From a virus (Duplodnaviria; Heunggongvirae; Uroviricota; Caudoviricetes), in IMG/VR virus record IMGVR_UViG_3300029227_000077: a stretch of DNA of 4,038 nt; one strand, written 5' to 3'. Within the stretch, counting starts at the first letter, position 1; every line of letters begins with the position of its first letter. The notes beneath the pieces were generated by a model. It was not told the origin of the DNA and did no database searches. It was given only the letters and a program-made list of their open reading frames with translations. The position numbers and the translations under genes were made by a program. Shown here in pieces: positions 1 to 4,038 of the stretch.

Positions 1-2883
1 CGCAAACAGCCGCTTCAGGAACACATCGTTCATGAACAACTGATTCCCCTGCGCCACAAATAACGGCGTGGTGTTGCCGTCCTCCGGGTTAATCATCGCA
101 ATACGGTCAGCCAGCAGCAGTATGTTGCTCAGGGGCTGGCCATCAGTATCCTCAATCCCCGCTCCAATACCGGCAACATAGGGTATGCCATTTTTTGTTT
201 TCTGTACCTTCAGCATGTAAAGTGCAGCAAGGTCATCATTTGTGTCCTTCTGCACGCGCTGTATCTGCTGTATGGTGGCGCTCTGGTCCTCCAGCGTTTT
301 ACTGACCGTCTGTGTGATTTCATTGCGGGTTTCTGTGATGGTGGTCTTCATCTCCGCCATCTCGTCCTTCAGCTGACTGTTGTCAATCTCTGCCCACAGC
401 GCCTCTGCCAGATGCGTTTTTCCTATCTTTTCCCGGAAAAACTCCAGATAGCCCGCAGCATCATTGCTCGCCCGTCCACTGGCTTCCACAAAAGCAGATT
501 TACCCACCAGGTTGACGCTGCGCACATAAAACCAGAAATCCTTTCCGGGCTTAATGTGCGGACCGGAGACACTCCACTGACTGCCGGTCCCCAGATAACG
601 GGCAGAGGTTTCCACCTGTGCGGCGTCTGCAATTTTTGCCTCCGAAAACCAGAACTCAAACTGCACCGTCGGGTCATAAATGGTCAGTTTCGGGACTGCC
701 GTTATCTGAAAATACCCCGGCGTCAGTTCAACACCGACAGGCGCTGCCGGTGCGTTAATCCGGAACGTGGTGGTGGCGGGTTCGCCCTGCTGGCCATAGC
801 TGTTAATCGCCCTGACCGTCAGGGTGTATTCCCCGGGAGGCAGGCCACTGAAACGGTGCTCCGTATCGGCAGTGATGGCGGTGGTCAGCAGGCGGCTGTT
901 CTCACCGCTTCCACTGGTCAGGCGCAGACTGAAGCGCACGCCCTTCACCACCCGCGGCGTGTCCCATTTCGCCAGCGCCAGATACTGGCCGTCAGCTGCG
1001 CTCACCTCCACCGTCAGGTGCTGCACTGCCGGTGGGATAACGCTGTTCAGGGTGCCTGACTGCGGCTCAAAGCGGGCCCCGTTATCCACGATGGCTTCTT
1101 TTTCCGGTACGTGCTGCACTGCCGTGATGGCAAAGGTGCCGTCCGTGTTTTCCCGGATGGAGACACAGCGGAACAGGCGACGGCGCAGTGACGGCAGGGA
1201 GAGTCCCCACACCCCGTATGTCTCCACACCATCAGGCAGGGTACTGACCTGTATCCGGTCCGGCGCGGGGTGTGCGGTGATGTCCACACTCACCGGCTTA
1301 CCGCTGCCGTTAATCAGGTTCACCGTGGCGGCACCTGTCCCCGGAAGTGTCACTTCACGGTCCAGCGTCAGGGTGCGGGTGGCAGCATCAATGGACAGGA
1401 CACGTCCGCCGGTCAGGGTCCCGGCATAGTCATTATCACAGATTTCAATAATGTCACCGGGTGTGTGCCGCAGCCCCTGTGACCCGAGTGTGAAATCCAC
1501 CGTCTGCGTTTCCAGCAGTTCGGTCTTTATCACCCACAGCCCGGCACGGTGGGCCTGACCGCGGCTGGTACAGCCGAACGCGTCCATCTTCAGCAGGTTG
1601 CGTCCGTAGCGCAGTATGGCTTCCGGGTCTTCCACCAGTTCCGTGGAGGTCTGCCAGCCGTTCTGCGGGTCGGTGTAATTCACCTCCACCGCCGTGTGCC
1701 GGTCCTTCAGGGCACTGAAGCTGTAGCGGAACCCCACGCCGTTATCATCCACCACCACATCGCTGTTCGTGTACGGCCACACCACATCCGACGTGCGGTC
1801 CTGAACGAACGTCAGCGTCTGGCCGTTCCATACCGGCATACAGCGCATCGCCGAGCAGAAATCACTGAGAACGTCCCACGCCTTACGCTGTTGTGCCAGG
1901 TACGCATTAAAGGTCATCCGCGGCTCTGTGCCCCCGAAACCATCCGGGACCGTCTGGTCGCAGTACTGCCCGATGGCATACAGCGCCCACTTGTCCACAT
2001 CCGCCGCCCCCAGGCGTTTTCCCATCCCGTAGCGCGGGTGAGTCAGCATGTCCCACAGGCACCAGGCCGGGTTGTTGCTGTATGCCGGTTTCAGACTGCC
2101 GTCCCAGATACCACTGTACGTGCGTTTTTCCGGGTCATAGTTTGACGGCACCTGGATGATGCGACCGCGGATATGGTAGTTCACCGTCATCTGCTGGCCG
2201 CCGAACTGCTCCGCATCCACCTGCAGCCCCACAATGGCCGTGTTCGGGTAGCACTGTTTCACATCGATGATTTCGGTGTATGACGACCAGAGCGTCTTAT
2301 TCTGCAGCTGGTCCGTGGTGCTGTCCGCCGTCTCCCTGACCATCCGGATGTTAAAGGGCCGGGGCGGCAGATTATCCAGAATCACCGACGCCAGGAACTG
2401 CGAGGTGGTCTTGCCGTTAATGGTGACATCCTTTTCTGTCACCCAGTTACCGTTACGCTGTAACTGAATCAGCAGACGGACAGAGGACGGATTACGGTCA
2501 CCCTTTGACGTGGTCTCCACCAGTGACTGCACCCCGAAGGTCACCCGCAGGCGGTCAATGTTCGCGGACGTAATGGTGCGCGTCACCGGCTTTGCCTTCG
2601 TCACTTCCACACCCAGTACAGTTTCAGCTCCGGAGGACTCAAAGCCTTCCGGTGGTGTCTGCTCCTGCTCCCCGGCACGCCAGACCGCTGTCACACCGTG
2701 TATCACGGGATTACCGTCCGTGTCCGTCAGCGGGGTTTTGTTCACCAGGATACTCTGCAGTCCCTTCACCGGACCTTCCACCGGTCCCTCACCAATGGCA
2801 TCAATCACGCTCATCATCTGCGTGGATTTGAGATTGTCTTTCGCCTCGCGCGGTGTGTGCGCCTTACCGCCACCTTTACCCAC
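1..2883 (-). CDS. J: Tail tip / host specificity protein J (central tail fibre), N-terminal 961 codons; C-terminal receptor-binding part lies beyond the left edge of the window
   Basis: Continuous minus-strand reading frame from 2883 to position 1 with no in-frame stop (all 961 triplets checked by eye). It is missing from the ORF track only because no stop codon falls inside the window. The N-terminus reads (V/M)[38 protein letters not shown]..., matching lambda gp[23 protein letters not shown]... as I recall it. At the window edge the translation reads ...[65 protein letters not shown], matching the lambda gpJ region ...[18 protein letters not shown]. Start is GTG at 2883..2881, 5 nt downstream of SD GGAGAGGGGG; the nearest upstream in-frame stop is TGA at 2991..2989 with no in-frame ATG in between. 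The plus-strand ORFs listed in this interval are antisense artefacts. Confidence 0.92.
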   Translation of the reverse strand, partial: MGKGGGKAHTPREAKDNLKSTQMMSVIDAIGEGPVEGPVKGLQSILVNKTPLTDTDGNPVIHGVTAVWRAGEQEQTPPEGFESSGAETVLGVEVTKAKPVTRTITSANIDRLRVTFGVQSLVETTSKGDRNPSSVRLLIQLQRNGNWVTEKDVTINGKTTSQFLASVILDNLPPRPFNIRMVRETADSTTDQLQNKTLWSSYTEIIDVKQCYPNTAIVGLQVDAEQFGGQQMTVNYHIRGRIIQVPSNYDPEKRTYSGIWDGSLKPAYSNNPAWCLWDMLTHPRYGMGKRLGAADVDKWALYAIGQYCDQTVPDGFGGTEPRMTFNAYLAQQRKAWDVLSDFCSAMRCMPVWNGQTLTFVQDRTSDVVWPYTNSDVVVDDNGVGFRYSFSALKDRHTAVEVNYTDPQNGWQTSTELVEDPEAILRYGRNLLKMDAFGCTSRGQAHRAGLWVIKTELLETQTVDFTLGSQGLRHTPGDIIEICDNDYAGTLTGGRVLSIDAATRTLTLDREVTLPGTGAATVNLINGSGKPVSVDITAHPAPDRIQVSTLPDGVETYGVWGLSLPSLRRRLFRCVSIRENTDGTFAITAVQHVPEKEAIVDNGARFEPQSGTLNSVIPPAVQHLTVEVSAADGQYLALAKWDTPRVVKGVRFSLRLTSGSGENSRLLTTAITADTEHRFSGLPPGEYTLTVRAINSYGQQGEPATTTFRINAPAAPVGVELTPGYFQITAVPKLTIYDPTVQFEFWFSEAKIADAAQVETSARYLGTGSQWSVSGPHIKPGKDFWFYVRSVNLVGKSAFVEASGRASNDAAGYLEFFREKIGKTHLAEALWAEIDNSQLKDEMAEMKTTITETRNEITQTVSKTLEDQSATIQQIQRVQKDTNDDLAALYMLKVQKTKNGIPYVAGIGAGIEDTDGQPLSNILLLADRIAMINPEDGNTTPLFVAQGNQLFMNDVFLKRLFA

Positions 2884-2888
2884 TCGAT

Positions 2889-2898
2889 CCCCCTCTCC
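2889..2898 (-). promoter_or_regulatory. Shine-Dalgarno sequence for J (GGAGAGGGGG, 5-nt spacer to GTG start)
   Basis: Minus-strand sequence caGGAGAGGGGGatcgaGTG read directly from the reverse complement of 2881..2900. Confidence 0.55.
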
Positions 2899-2923
2899 TG
2901 TCTGATGTCTGAATCTGTTTATG

Positions 2924-2957
2924 CCCAAAAAACAACAGGCACCCCGGAGGATGCCTG
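2924..2957 (-). terminator. Rho-independent terminator-like hairpin plus U-tract on the minus strand, immediately upstream of the J ribosome-binding site
   Basis: Minus-strand RNA 5'-CAGGCAUCC-UCCG-GGGUGCCUG-3' (9-bp stem including one G-U pair, 4-nt loop; plus coordinates 2936..2957) followed directly by UUGUUUUUUGGG (2924..2935). On the plus strand the same hairpin is preceded, not followed, by the A/T run, so it is directional for the minus strand. Confidence 0.55.
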
Positions 2958-2995
2958 TATCATGACTGAATAAAAATTCTGAATATCTTCACATT

Positions 2996-3023
2996 TTCAC
3001 AAACTGACTGTGGCGCGTATAAT
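2996..3023 (+). promoter_or_regulatory. Candidate sigma70-type promoter: -35 TTCACA (2996..3001), 16-bp spacer, -10 TATAAT (3018..3023); AT-rich upstream region 2969..2994
   Basis: Perfect -10 hexamer TATAAT and a 5/6 match to the -35 consensus TTGACA at near-optimal spacing, with an A/T-rich UP-like stretch upstream. Predicted transcription start is about 3030. It points away from J and toward I, antisense to the tail operon. Confidence 0.45.
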
Positions 3024-3029
3024 TTCGCT

Positions 3030-3128
3030 GCGTTAGTGTTTTTTCTGCCCGAGTAACAAAAACAACTCCTTAACATTAATCTTCATTTGTCTGTCCCCGC
3101 AGCTCCGCGATCACTGCGGGATTTTTTT
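3030..3128 (+). ncRNA. Candidate small non-coding RNA (~100 nt) defined by its own promoter and intrinsic terminator, antisense to the I-J intercistronic region of the tail operon
   Basis: Interval between the predicted start (~3030) and the end of the terminator U-tract (3128). The plus strand has no ATG here and only a 6-codon GTG frame with no SD. The sequence is AU-rich with one predicted internal stem (3037..3043 pairing with 3058..3064) before the terminator hairpin. Boundaries are predicted, not measured. Confidence 0.35.
3096..3128 (+). terminator. Rho-independent terminator on the plus strand (stem CCCGCAG/CTGCGGG, 11-nt loop, then A-TTTTTTT)
   Basis: 3096..3102 CCCGCAG pairs with 3114..3120 CTGCGGG (7 bp, 6 of them G-C), followed by A and seven T at 3122..3128. 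It lies 5 nt from the stop codon of I, which is on the opposite strand. On the minus strand the hairpin is not followed by a U-tract. Confidence 0.6.
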
Positions 3129-3133
3129 ATGTT

Positions 3134-3814
3134 TTATCCCTGTCGACCAATAACCACCACCTTTCCGTCTCCGCCTTCATCACGGGTGCTGATGTCCTGA
3201 GAGATACGTCGTGAACCAACCAGCATTTCACCGTAGGGCACCGGCATCGGGTTGCCCTGGGCAATCATGTTGTCCAGTGAGGAAAAATACGTGTTCTGTC
3301 TGCCGTTATCCGTTGCGCGGTAATCCGGTGTTTTTGCCTTCGGGGCCAGCATCTGTGCCACACCGCCCAGTATCATGCTGGCTCCAAGTGAAAACAGCAT
3401 CGTGGTGGCAGAAAAACCACCGGCTGCCAGGGCTGAACCCCATAACGCCATTGATGCTCCGGCCGTGAAGAAAGACCCCACAATGGCAGCTGCCCCCAGC
3501 ACAATCTGTAGTCCGCCCTTTCCGGCTCCGGCCAGTCGCGGCACAATATGGATAACCGTTCCCTCACCCAGTGGTTCGTGAAGGCGGGCATACACCGCCT
3601 CCGGTGCCGTATCCTCACCGGCAATGCGTATCTGGTACCAGCCTTCGTTCATCTGACGGCGGAATCCCGGCACCTGCAGCGACAGGGCGCGGATGGCTTC
3701 CGCCGCCGTGTTCACATACAGGCTGAAGCGGCGGCCAAATCGTTGTAAATCCCCGTGAAGGCAGATGCGTGCCAGTGGCGGTGACGCCAGACAGAATGCG
3801 TTCGTCGTTGCCAT
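3134..3814 (-). CDS. I: Tail (tip) assembly protein I
   Basis: ORF-track ORF of 226 aa. The translation MATTNAFCLASPPLARICLHGDLQRFGRRF...GWYQIRIAGED...VIHIVPRLAGAGKGG...QIVLGAAAIVGSFFTAGA...LFSLGASMILGGVAQMLAPKAKTP...DNGRQNTYFSSLDNMIAQGN...YGEMLVGSRRISQDISTRDEGGDGKVVVIGR is co-linear with lambda gpI as recalled (MA..H..PLASPGMARICLYGDLQRFGRR...GWYQVRIAGRD...IHIVPRVAGAKSGG...QIVLGAAAIAGSFFTAGA...LFSLGASMVLGGVAQMLAPKARTP...DNGKQNTYFSSLDNMVAQGN...YGEMRVGSRVVSQEIS..DEGDGGQVVVIGR) and of similar length. ATG at 3814..3812; stop TAA at 3136..3134. Confidence 0.92.
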   Translation of the reverse strand: MATTNAFCLASPPLARICLHGDLQRFGRRFSLYVNTAAEAIRALSLQVPGFRRQMNEGWYQIRIAGEDTAPEAVYARLHEPLGEGTVIHIVPRLAGAGKGGLQIVLGAAAIVGSFFTAGASMALWGSALAAGGFSATTMLFSLGASMILGGVAQMLAPKAKTPDYRATDNGRQNTYFSSLDNMIAQGNPMPVPYGEMLVGSRRISQDISTRDEGGDGKVVVIGRQG

Positions 3815-4038
3815 TTTTCGGAATACCTCTCCCGTTTACTCAGTTGTTCAGGCAGATGGTGAAGCAGCTCACCGTTGCCGCAGTAAATGGCGGCATGGTT
3901 CGGTACCGAAGCACCAAAGCAGCACAGCAGAATATCGCCCGCCTGTGCAGAGGACAGGGGCACCCGGTAAAAGCCGGTGACCGCCATATTGTCCAGGTAA
4001 AGGTTCTGACCGTTGCACCACCAGTCATCCTCACGGTG
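3712..4038 (-). CDS. K: Tail (tip) assembly protein K, C-terminal part (NlpC/P60-like region); N-terminus beyond the right edge of the window
   Basis: The minus-strand frame is open from the window edge (4038) to stop TGA at 3714..3712. It reads HREDDWWCNGQNLYLDNMAVTGFYRVPLSSAQAGDILLCCFGASVPNHAAIYCGNGELLHHLPEQLSKRERYSEKWQRRTHSVWRHRHWHASAFTGIYNDLAAASACM, which matches the C-terminus of lambda gpK as recalled (...VPNHAAIYCGDGELLHHIPEQLSKRERYTDKWQRRTHSLWRHRAWRASAFTGIYNDL...). The ORF-track entry 3712..3987 is the same frame truncated to an internal Met. The last 103 nt overlap the start of I in a different frame. Confidence 0.88.
   Translation of the reverse strand, partial: HREDDWWCNGQNLYLDNMAVTGFYRVPLSSAQAGDILLCCFGASVPNHAAIYCGNGELLHHLPEQLSKRERYSEKWQRRTHSVWRHRHWHASAFTGIYNDLAAASACM

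Noticed and set aside
423-1289. Minus-strand ORFs 423..677 and 1047..1289
   Set aside because: They are out of frame relative to the continuous J frame (codons on plus positions 3k+1..3k+3) and embedded within it; the translations are low-complexity and Arg/Pro-rich.
1-2883. J being a pseudogene or absent, as the ORF track shows no long minus-strand ORF here
   Set aside because: Triplet-by-triplet inspection of the minus frame shows no in-frame stop from 2883 to position 1. The ORF is unlisted only because its stop codon lies outside the window.
412-2973. Plus-strand ORFs from the six-frame track (412..1059, 824..1429, 1270..1482, 1549..2145, 2267..2467, 2510..2905, 2592..2831, 2698..2973)
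   Set aside because: They lie antisense to a single uninterrupted minus-strand frame (J) with clear lambda gpJ similarity. They sit in several mutually overlapping frames, are rich in Arg/His/Cys as expected for antisense readings of GC-rich coding DNA, and have no convincing ribosome-binding sites.
2960-3076. 38-codon minus-strand ORF ([38 protein letters not shown]) in the I-J spacer
   Set aside because: No SD upstream of its ATG, and it runs across the antisense of the promoter; it is most likely a chance ORF in AT-rich DNA.
3096-3128. Possibility that the 3096..3128 hairpin terminates the minus-strand (I) transcript
   Set aside because: On the minus strand the hairpin is preceded by the A-run and followed by GACAGACAAAUG with no U-tract, so it is not an intrinsic terminator in that direction, although it could still act as a stabilising stem-loop.
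3211-4034. Plus-strand ORFs 3211..3468, 3375..3581, 3548..3748, 3765..3980 and minus-strand alternate-frame ORFs 3373..3624 and 3840..4034
   Set aside because: They overlap the well-supported I and K coding frames (antisense or alternate frame) and have no independent support.
1-4038. CRISPR arrays, tRNA or rRNA genes, IS elements or terminal inverted repeats
   Set aside because: I found no regularly spaced direct repeats, no cloverleaf-compatible tRNA-like segment and no transposase-like ORF; the window is fully accounted for by K, I, J and the 250-bp spacer.

Overview
This window is the tail-tip module of a lambda-like (lambdoid) enterobacterial phage or prophage, with all three genes on the minus strand in the lambda order K -> I -> J. 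It holds the 3' part of tail assembly gene K (3712..4038, runs off the right edge), the complete tail assembly gene I (3134..3814, overlapping K by 103 nt in another frame), and the first 961 codons of the tail tip / host specificity gene J (1..2883, runs off the left edge). J is absent from the ORF track only because its stop codon lies outside the window; I checked every codon of that frame and found no stop. The most interesting part is the 250-bp, AT-rich spacer between I and J (2884..3133), which from memory is several times longer than the lambda I-J gap. On the plus strand, antisense to the tail operon, it carries a near-consensus sigma70-type promoter (TTCACA-16 bp-TATAAT), then about 100 nt with no credible ORF, then a hairpin plus T7 intrinsic terminator: the architecture of a small non-coding RNA gene (a 'non-coding moron'). 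On the minus strand, just before the J ribosome-binding site, there is also a strong terminator-like hairpin with a U-tract. All homology statements come from recalled lambda protein sequences, not from a database search; the RNA, promoter and terminator calls are sequence-pattern inferences that need experimental or computational confirmation.
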